Below, piece by piece: positions 26,282 through 36,593 of a DNA stretch of 49,417 bases. Source of the stretch: a virus (lineage: Duplodnaviria; Caudoviricetes); IMG/VR virus record IMGVR_UViG_3300046779_000207, positions 1 to 49,417 of that record. One strand, written 5' to 3'. The position numbers were made by a program, and so were the translations under genes. Within the stretch, counting starts at the first letter, position 1. Every line of letters begins with the position of its first letter. The notes below the pieces were generated by a model. It did not search any database, was not told the origin of the DNA, and worked only from the letters and a program-made list of their open reading frames with translations.

Positions 26282-26958
26282 TGAGAGTTAGCCTACAATC
26301 TCAAAGTTTTGAAAAACAAATGGAAAATATTATCCAATATTCTTATGGATTTTTAGATGGTGTAAAAAAAGGTAAAAAAGTATTTCTTGATAATCTTGGT
26401 AGGGGAACTATAGAAGCACTTGCTATTTATGTAGACTCATCAGCCAGAGGTAATCCAAATGCACTACATCACGTATATGAGTGGTACCAGACTGGAAGTC
26501 CAAATGCTAGACTATTTGATTTAGATTATACTGTTAGTAATAATGGTTTGACATTTAGTTCAACCTTCAGACAATCAAGAACACTAAAAGAAGATTCAAA
26601 TGAGCCATTCTATAATAAAGCATATATCATGGAAAATGGAATACCAGTTACTATTACACCAAAAAGATCTTCCGTATTGGTATTTGAAGAAGGCGGAAAG
26701 ACTATCTTTACTAAAGGATCTGTAACAGTAAGAAACCCTGGAGGAACAAGGGTAGAGGGTGGATTCGAAAGAACCGTAGATGAGTTTATGACAAGATATT
26801 TTAAGCAGTCATTTTTAAGAGCAAGCGGTATTTATGACTATATAAATAAACCAGTACTATATAAGAAGTATCTAAAGGCAGGATCAAAGTCTGGAAGGTC
26901 TAAAGGTCTTGATGTTGGATATAAATGGATTGCTAATGCAAAGGTTGGTGTAGAATAG
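26281..26958 (+). CDS. Putative neck/tail completion protein
   Basis: Basic protein, KAYIMENG motif, synteny. Confidence 0.5.
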   Translation: MRVSLQSQSFEKQMENIIQYSYGFLDGVKKGKKVFLDNLGRGTIEALAIYVDSSARGNPNALHHVYEWYQTGSPNARLFDLDYTVSNNGLTFSSTFRQSRTLKEDSNEPFYNKAYIMENGIPVTITPKRSSVLVFEEGGKTIFTKGSVTVRNPGGTRVEGGFERTVDEFMTRYFKQSFLRASGIYDYINKPVLYKKYLKAGSKSGRSKGLDVGYKWIANAKVGVE

Positions 26959-26962
26959 GATT

Positions 26963-27556
26963 ATGGGACTAAACGTAAACGATCACACAGGATTTCCTCC
27001 TAAGTTCATAAATGCTTATATTATTGATGAACTAAAGCAGTTTGATGACAGGAATGGCAATCCACTCATACCTTCTGGACCGCTACCATTTGAGCCAATG
27101 TTTCCAGCACAAAATCCTACCAACATGGAAGATATTTATAATGATGAGATTTTTATTAGAAACAACCCTACTGCGCTATCTATTGTTTTTGACAGGCTGG
27201 TTAGATTCAGACCAAATTCCTTCTACAGACATAAGCGTGAACAGTTAGTCTATTTTATATATTGCCCAGATCTAACTAAACTATTTGATGCTACTCGCAT
27301 CATCATTGAATGTCTTGATAGAGAGGATGCCGCAGCACAGGACCTAAATGCCTGGGTAGCCAATAATTCTCTTTTAGACAGCAATGGAAACGTAACAGAG
27401 CCAAACGTATTCTTTCATAATATAAAGGTTTATCAGGCAGACGAGGCAAGAGACATAGCAGAACTAGCCTCAGCCAGAACCTTATTCCTAAATAAACTAG
27501 TCATTGAATATGACTACCATACAAAAGACATAGCATCTCCTAGCCGCTATACTTAA
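26963..27556 (+). CDS. Putative tail terminator
   Basis: Directly before the major tail protein. TAGAAT lies 6 nt before the ATG (possibly leaderless). Confidence 0.5.
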   Translation: MGLNVNDHTGFPPKFINAYIIDELKQFDDRNGNPLIPSGPLPFEPMFPAQNPTNMEDIYNDEIFIRNNPTALSIVFDRLVRFRPNSFYRHKREQLVYFIYCPDLTKLFDATRIIIECLDREDAAAQDLNAWVANNSLLDSNGNVTEPNVFFHNIKVYQADEARDIAELASARTLFLNKLVIEYDYHTKDIASPSRYT

Positions 27557-27562
27557 AAAGGC

Positions 27563-27571
27563 TGTTATACT
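27563..27571 (+). promoter_or_regulatory. Extended -10 TGTTATACT for the major tail gene
   Basis: Intergenic motif match. Confidence 0.65.
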
Positions 27572-27623
27572 TAATCTTGAGGAAACACCGCCAAATTTCA
27601 TATAAAGAAAAAGAGGTGAAAAT

Positions 27624-28262
27624 ATGGCATATAGTCGTGGTACATCTACCAACATCATCGTTGGTGCAGCAGCGCTTTTCGTTGCAGATACAACCCTAAC
27701 TCCAAGTACTTTGGAGTCGTTTAGTACTGAAGTATCATTCCGAGAGACTCTCTCAGATGATGCAGCATACACAAACGTAGGTTACACCATGAACGGTCTT
27801 GAATTGCAGTTCCAACCAGACTTCGGTGAAGTTCAGGTAGACCAAATTCTTGACGTTGCTAAACTTTACAAGCAGGGTATGCAGGTTAATCTTGCAACTG
27901 CTTTCGCTGAAGCAACTTTGGAAAATCTCCTTCTTGCTTTGGCATTTGATTCATCAGAACTTACTGGTTCAAAGTCAACTCACTCAGGTCAGGTCTTGAA
28001 CCTTTCTGCAGGTGACATTGGTGAATGTCCAGTAGAGCGTGGAATCGTTGCTGTTGGACCTGGTACAGGTGACTGCGTAGATTCTCCATTCGTGGAGCGT
28101 GTCTACACAGCATACCGTGCACTCTCAATTGAGAATGTAACAGTTTCAGCAAAGCGTGATGAAGCATCAATGTTCGAAGTTTCATTCCGTCTTCTTCCAG
28201 AAGATGTTTCAGGCTCATACGGTAAGATCGTAGATCGTACCTTCGGAGACCTTCTTTCTTAA
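27624..28262 (+). CDS. Major tail (tube) protein
   Basis: NIIVGAAALFV, VGYTMNGLELQFQPDFGEVQVDQ, AEATLENL, FEVSFRLLP. GAGGTG SD; followed by a terminator. Confidence 0.85.
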   Translation: MAYSRGTSTNIIVGAAALFVADTTLTPSTLESFSTEVSFRETLSDDAAYTNVGYTMNGLELQFQPDFGEVQVDQILDVAKLYKQGMQVNLATAFAEATLENLLLALAFDSSELTGSKSTHSGQVLNLSAGDIGECPVERGIVAVGPGTGDCVDSPFVERVYTAYRALSIENVTVSAKRDEASMFEVSFRLLPEDVSGSYGKIVDRTFGDLLS

Positions 28263-28275
28263 TTATTTTAAGAAT

Positions 28276-28315
28276 CAGCACAGCCCATGTCTTCGGATGT
28301 GGGCTTTGTTGTTTT
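28276..28315 (+). terminator. Intrinsic terminator with C(UUCG)G tetraloop
   Basis: AGCCCATGTC-TTCG-GATGTGGGCT followed by TTGTTGTTTT. Confidence 0.85.
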
Positions 28316-28316
28316 A

Positions 28317-28325
28317 TGGTAGAAT
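28317..28325 (+). promoter_or_regulatory. Extended -10 TGGTAGAAT; near-leaderless
   Basis: 9 nt before ATG 28335, no SD. Confidence 0.65.
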
Positions 28326-28334
28326 AGAATTTCC

Positions 28335-29030
28335 ATGGCAACCAACATATATAACACACAAATAATAGAATTATTTGATGGCACAGAATTAGAAATAATA
28401 CCATTAAAGATTAAATATCTTCGTGAATTTATGACGGCATTTGATGGTATTAAAGGTGCCAAAGATGACGATGCAGCAATGGCAGTCTTAGTTGAATGTA
28501 CAAGAATCTGCATGAAGCAGTACTATCCACAGATATCAGGTACCGTAGATCAAGTAGAAGACAATGTAGATATGCCAACTATATATAAAATACTAGACAC
28601 TGCTGCTGGTATTAAGATAAATAAATCATCTGATGCTCCAGTAAAAGAGCAGGCTGAAAAGAGTGGTGAGACCTGGGAAACCCTAGATTTAGCAAAACTT
28701 GAATCAGAGGTTTTTCTACTGGGTATTTGGAAAGACTATCAAGAACTAGAGAAGTCAATGTCAATGCCAGAACTTCTGGCCACATTAGAGATAAGCAGAG
28801 AGTTAGATTATTCAGAAAAGAAGTTTATGGCTGCTATACAGGGGGTTGATTTAGATGCCCAGTCTCAGCCAGAAAAGGGTCAGCAGGAATGGGAAAATCT
28901 CAAGGCTAGAGTATTTAGTAGAGGACAGACCAGTGATGCCAACGATGTATTATCTTTGCAAGGACCAAAAGCAAAGAGTTTAGGGTTCGGAATCGGCAAT
29001 GGGCTTGATTACGAAGATTTAACAAAATAA
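28335..29030 (+). CDS. Tail assembly chaperone, long form (GT-like)
   Basis: Between major tail protein and tape measure. N-terminal ~100 aa paralogous to 29072-29395. Confidence 0.75.
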   Translation: MATNIYNTQIIELFDGTELEIIPLKIKYLREFMTAFDGIKGAKDDDAAMAVLVECTRICMKQYYPQISGTVDQVEDNVDMPTIYKILDTAAGIKINKSSDAPVKEQAEKSGETWETLDLAKLESEVFLLGIWKDYQELEKSMSMPELLATLEISRELDYSEKKFMAAIQGVDLDAQSQPEKGQQEWENLKARVFSRGQTSDANDVLSLQGPKAKSLGFGIGNGLDYEDLTK

Positions 29031-29038
29031 GCGTTTTA

Positions 29039-29047
29039 TGCTATAAT
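29039..29047 (+). promoter_or_regulatory. Extended -10 TGCTATAAT
   Basis: Intergenic, before AGGAGG and ATG 29072. Confidence 0.75.
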
Positions 29048-29071
29048 TAAGTTAACTTATAGGAGGAACAA

Positions 29072-29395
29072 ATGGCAACAACCACGCATGAGGCTGAAAA
29101 AGTCACTCTCATTGATGGAACTACTATCAACGTTCGTCCACTTAAGATCTCACTTCTTCGTCCGTTTATGAAGAAGTTTGAAGGGGTGGCAAAAGTTGCG
29201 GAAGATAACGAGAAGTCTATGACTCTACTCGTAGAATGTGTTCAGATTGCTATGGAGCAATACAAGCCAGAACTGGCTGGAGACATTCAGAAGTTGGAAG
29301 AATTGCTTGATCTTCCAACAGTATACAAGATCGTAGAGGCAGCATCAGGTATTAACCTAACCGCAGTCTCAGATGTTCTTAGTATGCAAGAATAA
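29072..29395 (+). CDS. Tail assembly chaperone, short form (G-like)
   Basis: Directly before the tape measure gene; strong SD. Confidence 0.75.
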   Translation: MATTTHEAEKVTLIDGTTINVRPLKISLLRPFMKKFEGVAKVAEDNEKSMTLLVECVQIAMEQYKPELAGDIQKLEELLDLPTVYKIVEAASGINLTAVSDVLSMQE

Positions 29396-29420
29396 CTATA
29401 CATTAGAAGAGGTGTGATAG

Positions 29421-32400
29421 ATGGCTGATGTTAATGCCAATATTGGCGTAAATATTGACACGTCGTTAGCATTAACACAACTTAAGTCTCTTCAGAGACA
29501 AATATCACAGTTTCATACCTCTATAGCAAGATCCAGCGAAACCGCTGCACTTGCTCAGAAGTCTCTGCAGAAGAACTTCCTAAATAGCGTAAATGCTATT
29601 GGGTCGTTCTCTGCGGAACTTCGAACAGTAAAAACAACTACAGAATCGTTTACATCATCTCTTGAGAATAATAAATTCTCAATGCGAGAATACTTCCGCT
29701 ATGCGGGAGGGGCTACAAAAACATTTGGCCGTCTATTCAAGTCTGAATTTGACACAATCGGCAGGGTAGCAGAAGAAAGAGTTAAAAGACTTCAGACCCA
29801 GTATATTAAAATGGGCCGTGATGCCAATGGAGCAATGCAGGCTATATCTATTACGCCTACTGCTCTGGACATGGAAAACTATGGTACAAAAACAGCCATA
29901 GCCGCACAGAAGCAAGCACTATTTAATCAGTTAATGAAACAAGGTTCTACCAATCTTCTAAACTTTGGTAAGAATACTCAGTGGGCTGGTCGCCAGTTGA
30001 TGGTTGGTTTTACTATTCCACTTGCCATGGTTGGCAGTGCTGCAACAAAAACCTTCATGGATATGGAAGCCCAAGCGCTTAAATTTAAGAAGGTATATGG
30101 AGATTTATTTACACCAAAAACAGAAACACAGCAGGCATTAGATAATATTACAGAACTTGGTAGACAGTTTACTAAGTATGGCGTTGCTGTTTCAACTACT
30201 GTTGGTTTGGCTGCTGAAGCAGCGGCTGCAGGCTTCTCTGGACTTGATCTACAAAGACAGACAACAGAAGCAACAAGACTATCTATCCTTGGACAACTTG
30301 ACAGTCAAAAGGCTCTTGAGACAACCATATCTTTGCAAAATGCTTTTGGTATGTCTTCAGAAAATCTTGCAGACTCTATCAACTTCCTTAACGCAGTTGA
30401 AAACCAGACAGTAGTATCTCTTGACGATATTACTACTGCAATTCCAAAGGTTGCTCCAGTAATTCAGCAACTTGGCGGAGATGTAAAAGATTTAACATTC
30501 TTTATGGCTGCAATGAAAGAAGGAGGCATTAATGCTTCTGAAGGCGCTAACGCACTTAAGTCTGGTCTTGCATCATTAATTAATCCAACAGGTAAAGCAA
30601 ATGAAATGCTTATGCAGTTTGGTATTAATGCTAGACAGATTGTTGAAAAAAATAAGGGCAATCTAAAAGCAACAGTAATAGAATTTGCAACCGCTTTAAA
30701 CCAACTTGACCCACTTAACAGAGCACAGGCTATTGAGCAGATGTTTGGAAAGTTCCAGTTTGCTCGTCTATCAACATTGTTTGCAAACGTTGCTAAGGAT
30801 GGAAATCAGGCTGCTCGTGTACTTAGTTTAGCAAACTCTTCTGTTGAAGAACTATCTGCTTTGTCTGAGCAAGAACTTGGAATGACAGCAGACTCAGCAA
30901 TGAATAAATTTAAGAAGACTGTTGAAGATCTTAAGGCAGCCCTTATTCCAGTTGGAGAGGCATTCCTTCAAGCAGTAACTCCAATTGTTGAGTTTGTAGG
31001 AAATATTCTTGAAAAGTTTGGAAATCTTTCTGATGGAACTAAAAAAGCAATGACGTTAATGGTCACTGTAATTGGTGGCCTTGGTCCAGTTCTTCTTATG
31101 ACATTTGGTTTGCTTGCTAACGGTGTAGCAAATATTATTAAACTATTCTTAACACTTCGTAATGGATACTTAAAATTAACTGGGCAGTCCCAAATTCTTG
31201 GAGAACAAACTCAGTATTTGACAATGGAACAGATAGATGCAGCGGCAGCATCTCATTCACTTAACCAAGCACATGCAACTTTAACTCAGCAATTTACTGC
31301 AGAAGCATCTGCTGTACAACAACTAATCGCAGCATATCAAGGAGCAACTAGAGCAGGTGCAGCGTTTGCAGCAACTAATCCTGGTGCAATGCTTCCAAGA
31401 CCAAGAGGTTATGCTGATGGAATAGTTAGTGTTCCTGGAAGTGGTAGTGGAGATACAGTTCCAGCAATGCTTACTCCAGGAGAAGCAGTTATTCCTGCAG
31501 CAATGGTAAAGAAGTATGGCCCACTAATTCAAGGAATGGTATCTGGAAATATTCCAGGGTACGCAGAAGGATATTCTCCTGGAGGAATGCCACAATATAG
31601 ACCTTCTATGGGTAACAGTTATGTTATGCAAGAGATCATAAGAAGAAATCAAGAGTTTGCTGCTTCACAAGCGGCTGCATCACAAACTGCTTCAAGAGGT
31701 CAATTTAAAAAGGTAAAGATCCCAGGTGCCATGAATATGGCTCACTTTGGCGAGAAGTCAACTATGACTGGTCAAGAACTACTTGATATGGTTAAAGACC
31801 TTGATACAACTCTTGCTGAAAATATTAGAACAATGGTTGGTAGTATCAAGGATGGTCTACGTAAATCATTTAAGGTATTTGATAATCAAGTTGTAGCACA
31901 ATTAGATGTTATTAATAATGCAATGGATAAAGAAGGAAAAGCCAATACAGCATTAGTAAAAGAAAATCTAGTTGGCGATGTATTTGCCCCAGTAAGAGAT
32001 ATTGAACTACAAAGACAGTTAGAGTCAGCAAGCGTTCCAATTGAAGACATTAAGAAGATTAATCAGCAACTAACTGATGAAATGAAAAAGGGCTTTACTG
32101 ATCTCGGAGATATAACAGAGATTACTTCTGATCAATTAGATAAACTAATTAGAGAAGCATACGAAGCAGTTGCAAAAACTGATGAACGTGTAGCAAAAGC
32201 ATATGCGAATATGAAAGAAGTTACAACTGTATTTGAGCCTGGTAGAGAAGGCGTTCGTGGAAAGCGAATTTCAATTACAAAGCAGTCTTATACTGAGCAA
32301 GGTAAAAAGAGTAAAACAAATCCTAAGAGTACATATAGACTTGGCCAAGAAAGACTAGTAGGGGCAGGACAAGTTCCTTATCCAGAATTAAGTGATTTTG

Positions 32401-35400
32401 GTATAAATGAAAAGATGATCCAAGGTTTAGGATTAAGCCTTGAACAAGCACAGGCAAAGTTTAAAGCATTATCTAATGAAACAAAAATAGAACTATCAAA
32501 ATTAGCAGGTAGTACAAAAGAATTTTCAGTAGCATTTAAAAATGCAATAGATGAAGTAGAAACTTCTGGTGTTGCGCTTGGTCAGGCTGCTGTAAAGTCT
32601 ATTGGCAAGGGTGCAAAGACAGCATCACCATCTAAGGAAACAATTAAGACTGGTGAAGATATTGGTAGAGGCCTTGAAATTGGCATGGAAAGTCGTAAAG
32701 ACGATGTTGCCAATGTTGGAACATCTCTTGGACAAACTGCTACACAAAGTACAAGCCGTGGAGCAAGAAGAATTGCAGTAAGACCACAAGGAGCACCAGG
32801 AGTATCAGCAAGTGAAGTTGCTGCGAATGCACCTATTAGTCCAGATATTAAGCAAAAGGTTGTAGAGCAGGCAAGAGTAACACAGACTGCTACAGATAGA
32901 CTAAGAAGTCTTGATAGAACTGTTATGGGTGCATCATTTGCTATATCTAGTTTGTCTGGTTTGGCTTCAATGTCTGGCGGTAAACTTGGAGAAATGTCAG
33001 GGGTAATATCAAAGGTAACTGGAGTATTATTTGCACTACAGGCTGTAACAAGTTTATTGACACAGGCTAAACTATTAGAACTTGCAGCAACAAGAGCAAA
33101 TACTATTGCACAAGGTATGGGTGCTGCAAACTTTAAATCTTTGCTTGTTGGAGTTGTAGGGTTTGGTAAAAAGTTATTGACCGCAGGAAAGTTCCTAGCA
33201 AGATTTGCTGGACTACCTGGTTTGGTTATATCAGGTGTCTTGGCTACCGCATCACTCTTTAAACTGTCAAATGATGCAAGAGAGCGTGAGTACAGGGCTA
33301 TCAATGGTCTTGCTGATGCAATGGCTACAACCACAGAACAGGTAAAGACTTTAGGAGACTTCTTTGGTGTAGTTCCATCTAAACTTCCAATCGAACTTGG
33401 CAAGGGTAGAGAAATTGTTGCACCACAAACAAGAACCCAAAGAGAAGCACTAAAGGCAGACGCTGGATTCCAAAAGCAATTTGGCGAAACAATTAAGACG
33501 CTATCTACATCAACAGCAAAAGAAGCAGAACTAGCCTTTACATCATTAGCCCTTAACCTTAAGGCACAAGGTTTTGCAAGTGATCAGGTTCAAACAATTA
33601 TTGATGCTCTTCGTGAAGAAGCAGGCAAGACAGATGTAAAACTAGATGTTAAATCTTTAAATCTTTCTACAGAGTCATTGGATAAACTAAAAACAGATAT
33701 TGCACCAATGATTATAAGTTTAAACAAAGAACTTGAAAAGGGTCAAAAACAAACTGCTAGAAGTCTTTCAACAGGACAGATTGTATCCTGGGTTAACATA
33801 AGCAAGAAAGCACAAAAAGAACTTGCAACATTATCTTCATTTATGTCTGAGTCTGCAAAATCATCAGCAGGAATGTTCCAACTAGGACTTATTGATGCAG
33901 CAAGTTATACCAACACATTAAATTCTGTAATAGGAATGACAAATGGCCTTGATGAGGCAAATAGAAAACTTCTTCTAACAAAGGTTTTTGAGTCACTTGG
34001 TGCAGGCTCTGGAGCACTTCTAACAAGTTTAAAGAGTGCAAGACAAGAAATGATGGCCCTTGCCCTTCTTAGTTCTGGAGTTCTTGATAAAGATAGTTCA
34101 ATATTTAAGGCACTTGGATCTAAGGATGCTAGAACTCGTGGAAGAGGCGTAGCACAACTTACAAAACAATATAATCAATTAACTGCTGCTGTTACAAAAG
34201 CAACAGAAGGAATAACCCCTAAGCCATATGTTCCACCAAAAACTGATACAAAGGGTGGAAAAGATAAACTAACTCTTGCAGATATGATAAAGAAAAATAA
34301 AGAGTTTGTAACAAATATTAATAATCAAAAGACAGCATTAAATAAACTTACCGCTGCAGGGATGACTGTTGCAGATGCAATGGAAATTGTAACAGATGCA
34401 GAAATGGCTGCAGTTATTGCAGGAACAGATATTAAGAAGAGTGCAAAAGAGTGGAAGAGTTATACAGCCAGCATTAAGGCTGCAGAAAAGGCTTTGCTTG
34501 GCACAAAGGAAGGTGCTAAAGAAGCAGCAGACGCTGCAAGTTCACAGGCATCGGCATATTTTAGTGCACAAGAAGCACTAATCACAATGCAAAGACAGAC
34601 TGGAGAAGATACTCTTAAGTCTAGTATTGATACAGCACAGGCTGCAGTAGACAAGGCACAATCAGATATAGACAAGCAGCAGGTATTGATAGATGCTAAT
34701 AATGAGTCTATAAACAAGTTAAACAATGATATTGATATTAATTACGAAAGACCAATCCAAGCACTTAATGATGAATCAGCAATTCTACAAAACAACCTTA
34801 CGTTAATTGATAGGCAGTCAGAAGCAATTAATGCAAAGTATGATGCACAGGCTGATGCTCTTAATAAAATTGCTGATATTAATTCAGAAATTGCTAACCA
34901 GCAAAAGCAACAACTTGGATTAGCAGATGCACTATCTCGTGGTGACATAGCCGCAGCCGCTGCTGCAGCCCAAGAGATGAGAGCACAAGCAGCAGCATCT
35001 AGAGTTGGTGGAACACAGGCTGCAATAGAAGCAGCACGTACTCAACAACTTGCTGGAGTTTCTGCTGGTGGAATGACAAGAGATCAGATTGAACAAAGAA
35101 TGTTTACAATCGGACAGCAAACATTTGCACTTGAGCAATTACGTAAAAATGAACAAGTTAAAGTTGTTGCTCTTCAAGATCAAAACTATAAGTATGAATT
35201 AGAGATTAACAAAATAAAGAAAGACTCATTAGTTCCATCACAAAAGTTGCTTGATGATGCAAATAAAAACTTAGAGACTTATACAAAGGCAACACAAAAG
35301 CAGATTGATAGCCTTACATATCTTGGACTAACATCAAAAGAATGGGAAAATAATAAGATTAAGGTAGATGCTGCTTATGAGTCTATTAGTGCTACAGAGA

Positions 35401-35951
35401 CAAGCCTTAATAGAAGCAAAACAGCAGCAAAAACACTTTTTGATTTGTGGGATAGCATTAAGAGCAAGGAAATAACCCTTACAACAGTACAAAAATCTAA
35501 CTTTACTTATAATTCAGGAAATCCTCTTGCAAAAATGTACGGTGGAAAGATTATGCCAATGAATTATGGTGGGATGGTTCCTAAGTATATGGCTAGAGGC
35601 GGAGCAGTTGGATCTGATACTGTTCCAGCCATGCTAACACCTGGAGAGTTTGTTATGAATAAGGGTGCAGTAAAGCGCTTTGGTCCAATGCTAGAAAATA
35701 TGAATAATACTAAGTATCCATCTATGATTAAAGATTTGACACCGACTACCTATACAAATGTTAATTCATCTATGGTAACACCGATCATTAATAATGTATC
35801 TACAAATGTCAGCGACAACTCCAGTACCATGTATAATTATAATGTAGGAATTAATGTTAACGAATCTAATGCAAGTTCTAGCGATATTGCAAGAGCAGTT
35901 ATAGGTCAGATTAAATATATTGATTCCCAGAGAATTAGAGGACAGAGATAA
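29421..35951 (+). CDS. Tape measure protein (TP901-like core)
   Basis: 2176 aa, Ala-rich helical. AGRQLMVGFTIPL...EGGINASEGANALKSGL core, hydrophobic segments, DTVPAMLTPGE motifs. Confidence 0.93.
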   Translation: MADVNANIGVNIDTSLALTQLKSLQRQISQFHTSIARSSETAALAQKSLQKNFLNSVNAIGSFSAELRTVKTTTESFTSSLENNKFSMREYFRYAGGATKTFGRLFKSEFDTIGRVAEERVKRLQTQYIKMGRDANGAMQAISITPTALDMENYGTKTAIAAQKQALFNQLMKQGSTNLLNFGKNTQWAGRQLMVGFTIPLAMVGSAATKTFMDMEAQALKFKKVYGDLFTPKTETQQALDNITELGRQFTKYGVAVSTTVGLAAEAAAAGFSGLDLQRQTTEATRLSILGQLDSQKALETTISLQNAFGMSSENLADSINFLNAVENQTVVSLDDITTAIPKVAPVIQQLGGDVKDLTFFMAAMKEGGINASEGANALKSGLASLINPTGKANEMLMQFGINARQIVEKNKGNLKATVIEFATALNQLDPLNRAQAIEQMFGKFQFARLSTLFANVAKDGNQAARVLSLANSSVEELSALSEQELGMTADSAMNKFKKTVEDLKAALIPVGEAFLQAVTPIVEFVGNILEKFGNLSDGTKKAMTLMVTVIGGLGPVLLMTFGLLANGVANIIKLFLTLRNGYLKLTGQSQILGEQTQYLTMEQIDAAAASHSLNQAHATLTQQFTAEASAVQQLIAAYQGATRAGAAFAATNPGAMLPRPRGYADGIVSVPGSGSGDTVPAMLTPGEAVIPAAMVKKYGPLIQGMVSGNIPGYAEGYSPGGMPQYRPSMGNSYVMQEIIRRNQEFAASQAAASQTASRGQFKKVKIPGAMNMAHFGEKSTMTGQELLDMVKDLDTTLAENIRTMVGSIKDGLRKSFKVFDNQVVAQLDVINNAMDKEGKANTALVKENLVGDVFAPVRDIELQRQLESASVPIEDIKKINQQLTDEMKKGFTDLGDITEITSDQLDKLIREAYEAVAKTDERVAKAYANMKEVTTVFEPGREGVRGKRISITKQSYTEQGKKSKTNPKSTYRLGQERLVGAGQVPYPELSDFGINEKMIQGLGLSLEQAQAKFKALSNETKIELSKLAGSTKEFSVAFKNAIDEVETSGVALGQAAVKSIGKGAKTASPSKETIKTGEDIGRGLEIGMESRKDDVANVGTSLGQTATQSTSRGARRIAVRPQGAPGVSASEVAANAPISPDIKQKVVEQARVTQTATDRLRSLDRTVMGASFAISSLSGLASMSGGKLGEMSGVISKVTGVLFALQAVTSLLTQAKLLELAATRANTIAQGMGAANFKSLLVGVVGFGKKLLTAGKFLARFAGLPGLVISGVLATASLFKLSNDAREREYRAINGLADAMATTTEQVKTLGDFFGVVPSKLPIELGKGREIVAPQTRTQREALKADAGFQKQFGETIKTLSTSTAKEAELAFTSLALNLKAQGFASDQVQTIIDALREEAGKTDVKLDVKSLNLSTESLDKLKTDIAPMIISLNKELEKGQKQTARSLSTGQIVSWVNISKKAQKELATLSSFMSESAKSSAGMFQLGLIDAASYTNTLNSVIGMTNGLDEANRKLLLTKVFESLGAGSGALLTSLKSARQEMMALALLSSGVLDKDSSIFKALGSKDARTRGRGVAQLTKQYNQLTAAVTKATEGITPKPYVPPKTDTKGGKDKLTLADMIKKNKEFVTNINNQKTALNKLTAAGMTVADAMEIVTDAEMAAVIAGTDIKKSAKEWKSYTASIKAAEKALLGTKEGAKEAADAASSQASAYFSAQEALITMQRQTGEDTLKSSIDTAQAAVDKAQSDIDKQQVLIDANNESINKLNNDIDINYERPIQALNDESAILQNNLTLIDRQSEAINAKYDAQADALNKIADINSEIANQQKQQLGLADALSRGDIAAAAAAAQEMRAQAAASRVGGTQAAIEAARTQQLAGVSAGGMTRDQIEQRMFTIGQQTFALEQLRKNEQVKVVALQDQNYKYELEINKIKKDSLVPSQKLLDDANKNLETYTKATQKQIDSLTYLGLTSKEWENNKIKVDAAYESISATETSLNRSKTAAKTLFDLWDSIKSKEITLTTVQKSNFTYNSGNPLAKMYGGKIMPMNYGGMVPKYMARGGAVGSDTVPAMLTPGEFVMNKGAVKRFGPMLENMNNTKYPSMIKDLTPTTYTNVNSSMVTPIINNVSTNVSDNSSTMYNYNVGINVNESNASSSDIARAVIGQIKYIDSQRIRGQR

Positions 35952-36592
35952 TGGCAACAGCCGCATATTTAACTGGAAGACGCAGATACCAAAGACCACA
36001 GGCCATCCTATGGTCCGAGAACGCTGGAACCCTACAAGATGGACTTTATGTACCAACAGGCTATGAAATAGGCGCAGATGCCCCAGAGGACGCTGATGAA
36101 GCCCTTCTAGACCAGTTCATGATCTTATCTGACGATAATCGTGGGGAACTTCAATTTAATCCAACTAGAATAGAACAACGTCAAAGAACAATCAATGGTA
36201 GGATGAGGTCTTATCATATTGCTGATAAGTTAACCATGTCTTTATCTTGGAATATGCTCCCATCAAGAGGTTTTTATTTACCACCAGATTTTAATGTCAC
36301 CACAGGAGCATCTCCATATAAAAGAATTGCTAATGAAGAGAATACTTCAGATGGTGGCGCAGGTGGAGTAGAAATTCTTGATTGGTATGAAAACCATCCT
36401 GGTCCATTCTGGATGTTTTTATCTTATGACAAGTATAGTAACTTTGGCAAAGATTCTGCAGCATATGGACACCTACCACAATATAATCAAATAATGCAAG
36501 TTTATTTTGCTGACTTTAACTATACGGTTGTAAAGCGTGGTGGAAGTAATTTTGATTTTTGGAACATATCGGTAACACTGGAAGAGGTCTAA
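35951..36592 (+). CDS. Putative distal tail (Dit-like) protein
   Basis: First gene after the tape measure. RTINGRMRSYHIADK...LSWNMLP...WNISVTLEEV. Confidence 0.65.
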   Translation: MATAAYLTGRRRYQRPQAILWSENAGTLQDGLYVPTGYEIGADAPEDADEALLDQFMILSDDNRGELQFNPTRIEQRQRTINGRMRSYHIADKLTMSLSWNMLPSRGFYLPPDFNVTTGASPYKRIANEENTSDGGAGGVEILDWYENHPGPFWMFLSYDKYSNFGKDSAAYGHLPQYNQIMQVYFADFNYTVVKRGGSNFDFWNISVTLEEV

Positions 36593-36593
36593 G

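Noticed and set aside
28675-28681. GGGAAAC slippery-like heptamer near the G/T junction of the long chaperone
   Set aside because: Out of phase: the ORF reads TGG GAA ACC, not G GGA AAC, so canonical -1 slippage is not possible. At most a relic.
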